Assembly: GCA_025363275.1 (NCBI GenBank)
Contig: JANYEE010000156.1
Span: forward strand, 5,215-69,214
Length of the DNA stretch: 64,000 nt
Reading direction: 5' to 3'
Source of the DNA: Burkholderiales bacterium
GTDB taxonomy: Bacteria > Pseudomonadota > Gammaproteobacteria > Burkholderiales > Burkholderiaceae_C
This document shows positions 45,330 through 54,414 of the stretch, piece after piece. Position 1 is the first letter of the stretch, and each line of letters starts with the position of its first letter. A program made the position numbers and the translations under genes. Under the pieces are notes generated by a model. The model did not search any database. It saw nothing but the letters and a program-made list of their open reading frames with translations, and had not been told where the DNA came from.

Positions 45330-47090
45330 CTACTCGATCGCCATGGGCGTGACCCGGGCGTACTCCGTGATGCCAATCACGTTGAAGAATGCTGCCACCA
45401 AGCGATGCACGTCGCGGAACTGCACCTGACAACCCTGCGAGTGGCAGGTAGCAGCCCAATTCAAAATACTGCCAGCTGCAGAAAAATCGACCCGAAGCAG
45501 CGCCTTGCAAGACACTACGAGGTGGGCACCGGGTGCGTGCTCCGCGCCGAGCAGCTTGAGCGTAGCGCCAGATTCGCCCACAACCTGACCAGACAGCTCC
45601 AAAGCCGCACTGGCCGCACCATGAAGGCCCAGGGGCATGGTCGCCGTGCTACCACCGCCACTGTTGCCTTGGACCGCAACAACCGAGTCCGTATCACCAT
45701 CGACATAGCTGCATAAAGCGGGCTGCCACTCTGGCGGGGGAACTTCGAAGGTAATACAAAAATCGAGTGCTGCCAGTTCAAACTCGTCCTGCAAACGCAT
45801 TGTGCGCAAGGCATCTAGGCGCACAGTCCATGCGGCATCATCGGAGCCGCGGCTGCCAGAGGGCGTCAAGTCACGCAAGGCTTTGGCAAGCCGGTCGCCG
45901 CCATTGAACCGCAATTCAACCGCTTCGGTGCACAGACTGCCGAACAGACCTGCCAAAAAAGGTAATGCGTTGTCGGCAATATCGTGTAGCTGCGTCCAGT
46001 CCAGACTCCAGGGCGGTGGTGTGCGAGACAGCGCAACGCGCAGGTCCTCCATGCTTGCAGCGGTCAGTTCGGCGGGGCAGGTCCACATGGCTTTAGCCGA
46101 CGGCAAACCACTGGCAGAGCCTAGGGTCTCGGCAGCGTACGAAACCATGGGCCCGGCCCGAACGGCGGCAATATCAATCCACCGTGGCCGCAGTGGATCC
46201 AGCCGCGCTGAATGGTCCATAACCGTGCGGTCGAAGGCATCTGCTTGACCGGTTGCACGGTAAAAGTCCAGCAAAGCGACCACCCACGCTTGGGCAACCT
46301 CGGGGACCAAGGCATCCCCACGCAATGCGCCGACCAACGCGCTCTCTGCTCCGGCATCGTCGCCGTTGGCGAATCGAATGGCGGCCTCCTCCAACTCGGG
46401 GTCGGTAATCAAGTCGTCAGGCTCCATGGCGAACAGGTCAGAGCTAGAAAATCCAGCCTCATCGAGGCTGGGACCAGACGCTGAGACAGAATTACGAGGG
46501 GCACCTGGCGCGCGAGGCAAGGGGGGCATGCCCGCCCCCATTTCAGTGGGAGCAAACTCCACGACGGGTGTTGGCATTTGGGGTTGCAGACCCGCAACGG
46601 CAGTGGGCGCAAACAAATCTTCGGACAGCCCTGACGCCATGGTAGAGGCCTCGGTCCGTGCGGACTCTGACGGGGCTACCGCGGGAGGGGTAGCAACAGG
46701 AAAACCTGGCGATGACTGTGCAGCAGCGGCCTCTTGCTTACCTTTCCACCACTGCTTGGACATCTGGGCTTCTATTTCGTCGATCTTTTTCAGCGTATCA
46801 GCGCGCCCTTCGGCATCCGCCGGCAGGCTGGACTGAAAAAACGACGGTCGTGCTGCACCTGCCATGGCGGTGGGATCTTTGCGCCGCAATTTACGCAGAT
46901 TGTCGAACTCGCGCTTGCGAACAAAGTCGTTTTGCCGCTTGCGCTCGATCATCGCCTTCAAGGCTTGCTTGTCGTAACCCACCTCCTGCTCCGGCTCTGG
47001 GCGATCCAACTCCGACCAATCCTTGGTCGGATTGCGCACGAACATCGCCATCTTGGACAAAAGATTGGGGCGGTCGTCTTTGGTGGCCAT
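45330..47090 (-). CDS. Large protein of unknown function with C-terminal STAS-like domain(s)
   Basis: 586 aa. A basic, conserved-looking N-terminus (KQALKAMIERKRQNDFVRKREFDNLRKLRRKD) is followed by a Pro/Ala-rich linker. The C-terminal region LELSGQVVGESGATLK..LVVSCKALLRVDFSAAGSILNW resembles anti-sigma-antagonist (STAS) folds. Confidence 0.7.
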   Translation of the reverse strand: MATKDDRPNLLSKMAMFVRNPTKDWSELDRPEPEQEVGYDKQALKAMIERKRQNDFVRKREFDNLRKLRRKDPTAMAGAARPSFFQSSLPADAEGRADTLKKIDEIEAQMSKQWWKGKQEAAAAQSSPGFPVATPPAVAPSESARTEASTMASGLSEDLFAPTAVAGLQPQMPTPVVEFAPTEMGAGMPPLPRAPGAPRNSVSASGPSLDEAGFSSSDLFAMEPDDLITDPELEEAAIRFANGDDAGAESALVGALRGDALVPEVAQAWVVALLDFYRATGQADAFDRTVMDHSARLDPLRPRWIDIAAVRAGPMVSYAAETLGSASGLPSAKAMWTCPAELTAASMEDLRVALSRTPPPWSLDWTQLHDIADNALPFLAGLFGSLCTEAVELRFNGGDRLAKALRDLTPSGSRGSDDAAWTVRLDALRTMRLQDEFELAALDFCITFEVPPPEWQPALCSYVDGDTDSVVAVQGNSGGGSTATMPLGLHGAASAALELSGQVVGESGATLKLLGAEHAPGAHLVVSCKALLRVDFSAAGSILNWAATCHSQGCQVQFRDVHRLVAAFFNVIGITEYARVTPMAIE

Positions 47091-47130
47091 AAGCAGCTTT
47101 GACTATACGTGGGCTATCGGCAGCGCTCCA

Positions 47131-48411
47131 TCAATCACCAAACATCTTTTGCTTCAACTCACGGCGTTGTTGCGCTTCCAGCGACAGGGTCGCTGTGGGG
47201 CGGGCTAACAAACGGCCTACGCCGATGGGTTCGCCGGTTTCGTCGCAGTAGCCGTAGTCGCCAGCATCGATGCGAACAATCGATTGTTCGATTTTCTTCA
47301 GCAGCTTGCGCTCGCGGTCGCGGGTGCGCAGTTCCAGCGCATGTTCTTCCTCAATCGTGGCGCGGTCAGCCGGATCGGGGGTGACTGAGCTGTCTTCACG
47401 CAAATGCTCGGTGGTTTCGCCAGCACTAGCCAAAATATCGGTCTTCAAGCGGCCCAGACGCACTTTAAAAGCAGCCATCTGCACGTCGTTCATATATTCC
47501 GAATCAGGCATGGCGATCATTTCGGCGTCGGTCAGCTTTTCGGGTGGCGTAGTCTTCCAGTTGTTAACCAACTTGGCGTCTTTTTTGACGGCCGAAGGCA
47601 ACATGGGAGCGATTACGGTCACAGGGGACGACTGGGAATAACTGGATTTGGCGGCGGTGGAGGCCACGCTTTGCGCCATCGAAGGCACGGTCACTTGGGC
47701 TAGGCGCGACGACGGACGACCCGCTTTGGCTGGCACGGGGGTAGGCACAGGCGCCACCGGGGCGACCACAGATTTGGGTTTGACAGGAGATGAGGAAACA
47801 ACAGTCGGCATAGTCACAGATTTGGCAGCCGGTTTGGGCACCGGCTTGGGAACAGAAATAGGCGGAGCCTTCACGGCAGCTTTTGGCGCCGGTTTGGCAA
47901 CCGCTTTGGGTTTGGGCGCGGGCACCGGCTTTTTAGCTGTCTTGGCCGCTCCCTTCGAAATTACCTTGGCGGCAGGTTTGGCTACCGCTTTGGCGACTGG
48001 CTTAGGGGCTGTCTTGCTAATTGGCTTGGCCACGCTTTTGGCGGGCGCGGCCTTGGCAGCTTTCGCTGCAGGCTTCACGACCGCTTTGGCAAGCGGCTTG
48101 ACGGCTGGCTTGGCGACAACTTTTTTGGCTGCAACTTTGACAGTCGGTTTGACCGCAGGCTTGGCTGGGCTTTTTACCGCGCTTGGGGCGGCTTTGGTGG
48201 GTGTGGCTTTACCGGATTTCGTTTTCACTTCTTGTCTCCTGGCAGGACTGGCCTGCGCATGCTCCGCCGATTCCGAACTTCGGCTACGTCCCCGCGAGGG
48301 TTTGTCAGCCGGGCTTTCTTCGGCGCGCGAGTTTACAGGCTCTCGCCTAGGAAAACCCATCAGTTGCAAAAGCGAGACAATCATTGGACTTCCAAACCTT
48401 GTTTTATTCAA
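47131..48411 (-). CDS. dksA: DksA-family RNA polymerase-binding factor with a long Lys/Ala/Pro-rich N-terminal extension
   Basis: The C-terminal 150 aa or so is colinear with E. coli DksA (DPADRATIEEEHALELRTRDRERKLLKKIEQS..GDYGYCDETGEPIGVGRLLARPTATLSLEAQ). The upstream 270 codons or so are open and encode AKP repeats. An internal alternative start is possible (MLPSAVKK, near 47593). Confidence 0.8.
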   Translation of the reverse strand: MNKTRFGSPMIVSLLQLMGFPRREPVNSRAEESPADKPSRGRSRSSESAEHAQASPARRQEVKTKSGKATPTKAAPSAVKSPAKPAVKPTVKVAAKKVVAKPAVKPLAKAVVKPAAKAAKAAPAKSVAKPISKTAPKPVAKAVAKPAAKVISKGAAKTAKKPVPAPKPKAVAKPAPKAAVKAPPISVPKPVPKPAAKSVTMPTVVSSSPVKPKSVVAPVAPVPTPVPAKAGRPSSRLAQVTVPSMAQSVASTAAKSSYSQSSPVTVIAPMLPSAVKKDAKLVNNWKTTPPEKLTDAEMIAMPDSEYMNDVQMAAFKVRLGRLKTDILASAGETTEHLREDSSVTPDPADRATIEEEHALELRTRDRERKLLKKIEQSIVRIDAGDYGYCDETGEPIGVGRLLARPTATLSLEAQQRRELKQKMFGD

Positions 48412-48468
48412 CGTGAAAAAGTGGCATTGTGCTGCAGTGCGTTGTGGTGTTCGATGAGTCCACTGCTA

Positions 48469-49563
48469 TCAGACCAGCGACTGCTCCAGCCCCTGCAACA
48501 AAATATCTTTTGGCAAATCAATTCCGATGAACACCATCTTGCTGCAGCGGTGTTCATCAGCGCCCCATACAGGGCCCAGATCGCTGCCCATTAACTGGTG
48601 CACGCCCTGGAAAATCACTTTCCGGTCTGTTCCCTTCATCAACAGCACCCCTTTGTAGCGCAGCATGCGCGGGCCGTAAATATTGACGATGGCGCCGAGG
48701 AAATCTTCCAGCTTGGCGGCATCAAAGGCTCGGTCGGACTTGAAGACGAAGCTTTTGACATCGTCGTCATAGTGATGGTGGTGCCCGTGGCTGGCGTGGC
48801 CATGGTCGTGTTCATTGGCGTTATCGTGCGACGGGTGGTCGCAGTGCTCGCCATGTTCATGGTCATGCGCGTGATCATGGTCATGCCCCGCGTGATCGTG
48901 GCTGTTGTCTTTCAGGAAATCGGGGTCAATGTCCAGCTTGGCATTGAGGTTGAACCCACGCAGATCGAACACTTCATTCAAACCCACCGCGCCAAAGTGC
49001 ACCGCCTTTTGGGGTGCGCGCGGGTTCATATGCTTGATGCGGTGCATCAGCGCATCCAACTCGTCTTTAGACACCAAATCCGACTTGCTGATAAAAATTT
49101 GGTCGGCAAAGCCGATTTGGCGACGCGCTTCCTGGCGGTCATTGAGCTGCTGGGCAGCGTGTTTGGCATCGACCAGCGTCAGGATTGAGTCCAGCAGGTA
49201 AGTTTCCGCGATCTCGTCGTCCATGAAAAAGGTCTGGGCCACGGGGCCGGGATCGGCCAAACCGGTGGTTTCGATCACGACGCGCTCAAAATCCAACTCG
49301 CCTTTGCGCTTCTTCTCCGCCAGATCCCGCAGGGTTGCGCGCAGATCTTCGCGTATCGTGCAGCAAATGCAGCCATTGCTCATCTGAATGATCTGCTCGT
49401 TGGTGTCGCTCACCAGAATATCGCTGTCGATGTTCTCTTCACCGAATTCGTTTTCGATGACTGCGATCTTTTGGCCATGTGCCTCACCCAACACGCGTTT
49501 AAGCAGCGTGGTTTTGCCTGAACCCAGAAAGCCGGTCAGGATGGTGGCGGGTATCAAACTCAT
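48469..49563 (-). CDS. COG0523-family GTPase (CobW/ZigA-like putative zinc metallochaperone)
   Basis: Contains the P-loop GFLGSGKTT, the GCICCT metal-binding motif and a His-rich insert (HDHAGHDHDHAHDHEHGEHCDHPSHD..HGHASHGHHHH). Confidence 0.9.
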   Translation of the reverse strand: MSLIPATILTGFLGSGKTTLLKRVLGEAHGQKIAVIENEFGEENIDSDILVSDTNEQIIQMSNGCICCTIREDLRATLRDLAEKKRKGELDFERVVIETTGLADPGPVAQTFFMDDEIAETYLLDSILTLVDAKHAAQQLNDRQEARRQIGFADQIFISKSDLVSKDELDALMHRIKHMNPRAPQKAVHFGAVGLNEVFDLRGFNLNAKLDIDPDFLKDNSHDHAGHDHDHAHDHEHGEHCDHPSHDNANEHDHGHASHGHHHHYDDDVKSFVFKSDRAFDAAKLEDFLGAIVNIYGPRMLRYKGVLLMKGTDRKVIFQGVHQLMGSDLGPVWGADEHRCSKMVFIGIDLPKDILLQGLEQSLV

Positions 49564-49639
49564 GAGAAATCCAAAAATCAGCAGGTGGGGAGTGTAGCGG
49601 CCAAATCAAGTGCCAGCCTTACGGATGCGTCAGGTGATT

Positions 49640-49724
49640 TCATCGCCGGGCCGCCCCAAGGTGAAATGCGGCCCCCTCGGGGGGCAGCGACCCACACGAA
49701 GCGGGGGAGCGTGGGGGCAACATC
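49640..49724 (+). repeat. GC-rich palindromic repeat element, intergenic copy
   Basis: TCATCGCCGGGCCGCCCCAAGGTGAAATGCGGCCCCCTCGGGGGGC...GTGGGGGCAACATC. A tight inner hairpin GCCCCC-TCG-GGGGGC and an outer CCCCA/TGGGG pairing are present. It is homologous to 20285-20359. Confidence 0.8.
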
Positions 49725-49725
49725 T

Positions 49726-50907
49726 CTAGCGGCGCATCACTACAAGTCCCTTCAGATACTCGCCCTCTGGAAAAGCGATAGTCATGGGGTGGTCGGGCGC
49801 ACCGCCCATGCGCTGGGTGATGAAGCCATCCACTCCCGCATCGGATCCAGCCCCGGCCACAATTTTGTGGAACAGGTCCGCACTAATGCCGCCCGAGCAC
49901 GAATAAGTGAACAACACCCCCCCCGGCTCCAACAGCTTTAGCGCCAGGCGGTTGATGTCCTTATAGGCCCGTGCAGCGCGCTCAGCGTGCGCAATGGTAG
50001 GCGCAAACTTGGGCGGGTCGAGCACGATGGCGTCAAACGTGCGCCCCTGATCCAAAAACTGGCGCAAAGAGGCGTTCACATCGGCGTCCATTAGCGTGGT
50101 GCGGGCGGCGTCAAAGCCATTCAAAGCCACATTGGCAGCTACTTTCTCAATCGCAGGGCCTGAGCTGTCAATGGAGGTCACGTGGGCTGCACCGCCCGAC
50201 AAGGCCGCCACGGTAAAACCACCGGTGTAGCAATAGCAATTGAGCACACGTTGAAAATTCAGACGCTTGGCGTGATCGGCAAACAGCTTGCGGCTGTCGC
50301 GCTGGTCCAGGTAGAAGCCGGTTTTGTGACCTTCGGCAATATTGAGTACAAGCTTCCAGTCGTGCTCGCGCAGCACCAGCTCCACCGCGCCTTCCCCGCG
50401 CAGCCAACCCGTCACTTCGGGTAGCCCCTCCAGTGCGCGGCTGCTAGCGTCGGATCGCTCGTACAACTTGGTCAGCCCGGTTTCTACCAGCAGCGCATCC
50501 GCAATGACCGCCTTCCAGCGCTCGGCACCCGCGGACAGGAACTGCGCGACCAGCGTGTCGCCGTAGCGATCCACTATCAGTCCGGGCAAGCCGTCAGACT
50601 CACCGTGAATCAGGCGTATACCGTCGCTTTGTATATCAAATCGGCCTCTGGCCCTTATAGAACGTGTGCAAGCAGCTATAAAAAAAGGAGCGTCTATGCG
50701 CTGCGCCTCGTCAAAGCTCCAGACCCGGGCGCGGATTTTCGACTGGGGGCTGAACGATGCCCAGCCTAAAAATTGCCCCGCGTGGGACTCCACGCGCACC
50801 GTTTCACCCGCGTCGCCGCTGCCTTTAGCAATAGCCGATTCAAAAATCCAGGGGTGGCGGCGCAGCAAGGAGCGCTCTTTGCCATCACGCAAACGAATAG
50901 TTTTCAT
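49726..50907 (-). CDS. rlmI: 23S rRNA (cytosine1962-C5)-methyltransferase RlmI-like
   Basis: The protein begins MKTIRLRDGKERSLLRRHPWIF (PUA-like N-terminus) and has a class I SAM methyltransferase core. The start was trimmed to ATG 50907. Confidence 0.88.
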   Translation of the reverse strand: MKTIRLRDGKERSLLRRHPWIFESAIAKGSGDAGETVRVESHAGQFLGWASFSPQSKIRARVWSFDEAQRIDAPFFIAACTRSIRARGRFDIQSDGIRLIHGESDGLPGLIVDRYGDTLVAQFLSAGAERWKAVIADALLVETGLTKLYERSDASSRALEGLPEVTGWLRGEGAVELVLREHDWKLVLNIAEGHKTGFYLDQRDSRKLFADHAKRLNFQRVLNCYCYTGGFTVAALSGGAAHVTSIDSSGPAIEKVAANVALNGFDAARTTLMDADVNASLRQFLDQGRTFDAIVLDPPKFAPTIAHAERAARAYKDINRLALKLLEPGGVLFTYSCSGGISADLFHKIVAGAGSDAGVDGFITQRMGGAPDHPMTIAFPEGEYLKGLVVMRR

Positions 50908-51033
50908 GCCGCGATTGTGATGTAAGGGCTCTCGGGGTCGCTGCTCTAGCAATTTGTTGCAAAACACTGCACACTTTTTACCCGTCTTAAGCTGCCAGCA
51001 CCCAGACCCAATGAGAAGAAACTTGGAGACCGC

Positions 51034-52644
51034 ATGCAATTCCACAACCTCAAAATTTCCACCCGATTAACCCTGGGTTTCGGCGCCTTGGTGGTCATGG
51101 TGGCCCTGGTCTCCATACTGGGGATGGCCATCGCACGCAGTACCAGCAATTCCATCAACACGATTTACAACAACCGATTGGTACCTATTACCCAGCTCAA
51201 GCAAGTCGTTGACAGCTACATGTCTGTGGTGCTGGACGCTGGAAACAAGGTGTCTTTGGGGTTGCTGGAAACGCCCAAAGCGATTGAGCAAGTCAAGAGC
51301 GGGATTGCGAAAGCCTCTGCGCAATGGAAGTCCTACGCCGACAACGCCAGCTCGGACGAAGAAAAAAAAGTGATAGCGGACATCAACGCGATGATGGCCA
51401 AGGCCGAACCCTCCATCAGAGACTTCACCGCAGCCTTGGAGAAGAATGATATGTACAAAATATCACTGCTGATACGGGACTTGGACGAAACCATCAACCC
51501 GATTGGCAAGGCCGTAAACAAGCTGATTGATTACCAGCTTGAAGAAGTCAAGATCGAACATGGGGCGGCTGCGCAGCGTTACACCAATGGCTTGTCAGTG
51601 TTTGCGGTGATTGTGCTGATTTCACTGGCAGCAGGAAGCGCCATTGGCTGGACACTGATTCGCGCCATAACCGCACCGTTGAACCAGGCCGTGACGATTG
51701 CGCGCAATGTGGCGGGCGGCAATCTTACGCAGCATATTGACAGCGAAGGCAAGAGCGAGACTGCCTTAATGCTCTGCGCACTGAAAGACATGCAAACCAG
51801 CCTGGTGGAGGTAGTCTCCACGGTACGCTCGGGCAGTGAGGGCGTGGCCACGGCCAGTGCCGAGATTGCCCAGGGCAACCACGATCTGTCGGCGCGCACC
51901 GAGCAGCAGGCCAGCGCACTGCAAGAGACCGCCGCATCGATGGCAGACCTGAACTCCACCGTGACCCAAAACGCAGACTCTGCCCGCCAGGCTAATCAGT
52001 TGGCCTTGAACGCCTCGACGGTGGCGATTCAAGGCGGCCAGGTGGTCAGCCAAGTGGTGGAAACCATGAAGGGCATCAACGACTCCTCGCGCAAGATTGC
52101 AGACATCATTTCGGTCATCGATGGCATCGCCTTCCAGACCAATATCCTGGCGCTGAATGCCGCCGTGGAAGCGGCCCGTGCGGGCGAACAGGGCCGCGGC
52201 TTTGCGGTAGTAGCAAGTGAAGTGCGGTCACTGGCCGGGCGCAGTGCGGATGCGGCCAAAGAAATTAAGACACTGATCAACGCCAGCGTAGAGCGCGTGG
52301 AGCAAGGCACGGTGTTGGTAGACCGTGCCGGTACCACGATGACCGAGGTCGTTAACTCGATCCGCCGGGTCACAGACATCATGGGTGAGATCAGCGCGGC
52401 CAGCAGTGCGCAGGCGTCGGGCGTAGCCCACGTGGGCGATGCCATCTCGCAAATGGACCGTACGACACAGCAAAACGCGGCGCTGGTGGAGGAAATGGCG
52501 GCTGCGGCGTCCAGTTTGAAGAGCCTGGCGGGTGATCAAGTGGATGCGGTATCGGTGTTCAAGTTGCCGGGCGATGGCGGTGATGGGAGCCCATTCGGGT
52601 CGCACAGCTTGTCGCACCATCGACCTGCCAGATTACTGAATTAG
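51034..52644 (+). CDS. Methyl-accepting chemotaxis protein
   Basis: Two transmembrane segments flank a four-helix-bundle-type sensor, followed by a HAMP domain and the signalling hairpin [37 protein letters not shown]. Confidence 0.95.
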   Translation: MQFHNLKISTRLTLGFGALVVMVALVSILGMAIARSTSNSINTIYNNRLVPITQLKQVVDSYMSVVLDAGNKVSLGLLETPKAIEQVKSGIAKASAQWKSYADNASSDEEKKVIADINAMMAKAEPSIRDFTAALEKNDMYKISLLIRDLDETINPIGKAVNKLIDYQLEEVKIEHGAAAQRYTNGLSVFAVIVLISLAAGSAIGWTLIRAITAPLNQAVTIARNVAGGNLTQHIDSEGKSETALMLCALKDMQTSLVEVVSTVRSGSEGVATASAEIAQGNHDLSARTEQQASALQETAASMADLNSTVTQNADSARQANQLALNASTVAIQGGQVVSQVVETMKGINDSSRKIADIISVIDGIAFQTNILALNAAVEAARAGEQGRGFAVVASEVRSLAGRSADAAKEIKTLINASVERVEQGTVLVDRAGTTMTEVVNSIRRVTDIMGEISAASSAQASGVAHVGDAISQMDRTTQQNAALVEEMAAAASSLKSLAGDQVDAVSVFKLPGDGGDGSPFGSHSLSHHRPARLLN

Positions 52645-53639
52645 GACGCCTTCTTTCGTCCACCCAGTTTTGCCCTCGGATGGGCCGCATCGTAGGCTTT
52701 GGCCAGGTGCTGAAAATCCAATCGCGTGTAGACCTGCGTGGTGGTGATATTGGCGTGACCCAGCAGCTCTTGTACCGCGCGCAAGTCACCACTGGATTGC
52801 AGCACATGGCTGGCAAATGAGTGGCGCAGCATGTGGGGGTGCACGGGTGCTAAGAGCCCTGCTAGCTGGCTGCGGCGTTTTAAACGTTGCCATACCGACT
52901 GGGCCGTCAAGCGGGTGCCGTAGCGGCCCGTGAACAAGGCGTTGGCCGCATCGGCCTGGGTTGCGTGTACGGGCGCAGCGCCCTGCGCGCTGGAGGTGCC
53001 ACGCAAAGACAGCCAACGCTGGAGCGCCATTAGGGCAGTGGCACCCACCGGCACGGTGCGGCGCTTGGAGCCTTTGCCCAGCACATGGGCTTCAGCGGCT
53101 TGAAAGTCAATCCAACCTTTGGCGGTGCTGCTGGCCACCGCGTCCAAACCAATCAACTCCCCCACGCGCAAGCCGCTGCCGTACAGCAGCTCCACCATCG
53201 CCGCATCGCGCGCTTCCAGCCATGGGTCGTCTTCGCTTTCAAAGTCGGCAAACTGTACCGCATCGTCCACGCCCATGGCTTTGGGCAAGGGCTTGGGGGC
53301 TTTGGGCGCGCGCACGTCTTGCACCGGGTTGCTGGTCACCAGGCTTTCGCGGCCCAGCCAGGTGTAGAAGCCGCGCCAGCCCGACATGATGAGCGCGATG
53401 CCGCGGCCACTGCGGCCACCCGAATGCATCTGCGCCACCCAGCGGCGGATATGGTGGTTTTGTACCTGCACCAACTCCACCCCGGTCTGGGTGGCTAGCA
53501 TTTGCAGCTTGGCCAGGTCGAGTGTGTAGAGCTCTACGGTGCGGGTGGCCAAGCGCTTCTCAAAACGCACATGCTCCAGATAGCGCTGTACCAGGGGTGA
53601 GGCAGCTACCGGGGCGGGGTTGGCTGCATCAGAGTCCAT
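52641..53639 (-). CDS. xerC: Tyrosine recombinase XerC
   Basis: Catalytic motifs are present ([23 protein letters not shown]). The context is the conserved dapF-DUF484-xerC arrangement. The start was trimmed to ATG 53639. Confidence 0.92.
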   Translation of the reverse strand: MDSDAANPAPVAASPLVQRYLEHVRFEKRLATRTVELYTLDLAKLQMLATQTGVELVQVQNHHIRRWVAQMHSGGRSGRGIALIMSGWRGFYTWLGRESLVTSNPVQDVRAPKAPKPLPKAMGVDDAVQFADFESEDDPWLEARDAAMVELLYGSGLRVGELIGLDAVASSTAKGWIDFQAAEAHVLGKGSKRRTVPVGATALMALQRWLSLRGTSSAQGAAPVHATQADAANALFTGRYGTRLTAQSVWQRLKRRSQLAGLLAPVHPHMLRHSFASHVLQSSGDLRAVQELLGHANITTTQVYTRLDFQHLAKAYDAAHPRAKLGGRKKAS

Positions 53640-53679
53640 GCGCTTTAGTGCAAATTTGAGCGCTGGTGCAACCGCGGCC

Positions 53680-54414
53680 TTAACGCAGGCGCGATAGCGC
53701 GGCGCTGGCCAGATCGCCAATGCGGGATAAAAAGTCAGTGCCCATGCCGCTGTGGAAGCGGTGCGCATCGGGCGAGCCCAGCACCAGCAAACCAAAGGCC
53801 GGGGCCAGGCCGCCGCCGCTTTGCTCGGAGCGCAGGGGGATCAGCGCCAGGGAGGTCACGGTGTGTGCTTCAGGCAACCAGCTGGCGGCTTCAAAGCCGG
53901 TGTTCAGGCCACAAAACGGCTCGGCCAGCGAACTGGCAAACACCACCGCGTCTTCGCTCACGCCACTGGCAAAGGGCAAGTGGGCGTATTCGGTAGCCAC
54001 ACCCCAGACACGGATGCCTACTTGGGGTACCGAGAACTGGCCGCGGATTTCCTCGACGATCTGATCGGGCATACCCGCTAGGTCATTGGCCAAAAACAGG
54101 GTGCGCGCCCAGCGCAGGATCCTATCCGAGAGCATCACGTTTTCGTTGCCATTGCGGATCATCTCCATGATGCGCTGCTCCAGCACCTTGATCTTTTCGC
54201 GCAGCATTTCGGCCTGGCGCTCTTGCAGGCTCACGGCGCGCTTGCTGTGCGGGCTAGTGAATTGCACCGCCGCCAACAACTCAGAGTGGCGCTGAAAGAA
54301 GTCGGGTGTATTGCCCAGGTAGTGGGCAATATCGTCTTCGGTAATGGGGTTGCTTAAAACCTGGTTCATGGGCTGGGTCATGTGATGGTCTGGAGGGTTC
54401 ACAGGGTGTGTCAT
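53680..54414 (-). CDS. DUF484-family protein
   Basis: Lies in the conserved position between dapF and xerC. The N-terminal [24 protein letters not shown] is typical of the DUF484/YigA family. Confidence 0.85.
   Translation of the reverse strand: MTHPVNPPDHHMTQPMNQVLSNPITEDDIAHYLGNTPDFFQRHSELLAAVQFTSPHSKRAVSLQERQAEMLREKIKVLEQRIMEMIRNGNENVMLSDRILRWARTLFLANDLAGMPDQIVEEIRGQFSVPQVGIRVWGVATEYAHLPFASGVSEDAVVFASSLAEPFCGLNTGFEAASWLPEAHTVTSLALIPLRSEQSGGGLAPAFGLLVLGSPDAHRFHSGMGTDFLSRIGDLASAALSRLR

Noticed and set aside
47648-48457. 269-aa plus-strand ORF opposite the DksA N-terminal extension
   Set aside because: It reads a Gly/Leu/Ala/Thr mirror image of the AKP repeats, as does the antisense ORF of the H1-like gene at 5125-5565. 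The lysine-rich frame is the biologically known protein type and is contiguous with the DksA core.
49564-49725. Zur box upstream of the COG0523 GTPase gene
   Set aside because: I looked for an AT-rich palindrome of the GTTATAnTATAAC type and did not see one. The spacer is dominated by the GC-rich repeat. Absence by eye is not proof, and a PWM scan is needed.
49585-49941. 118-aa plus-strand ORF spanning the COG0523-rlmI spacer
   Set aside because: It reads through the GC-rich palindromic repeat and then runs antisense into rlmI. There are no coding features.
50908-51045. Upstream extension of the rlmI ORF (46 codons), and similar extensions of xerC (53640-53795), accC (9085-9156) and ftsQ (30920-30967)
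   Set aside because: The canonical N-termini begin at internal ATGs. The extensions overlap neighbouring genes or promoters and have non-conserved, Arg/Cys/Trp-rich sequences.
52641-53639. Tyrosine recombinase as a marker of an integrated mobile element
   Set aside because: The conserved dapF-DUF484-xerC synteny and XerC-type motifs indicate the chromosomal dimer-resolution recombinase. No att-like repeats, phage genes or compositional shift are adjacent.
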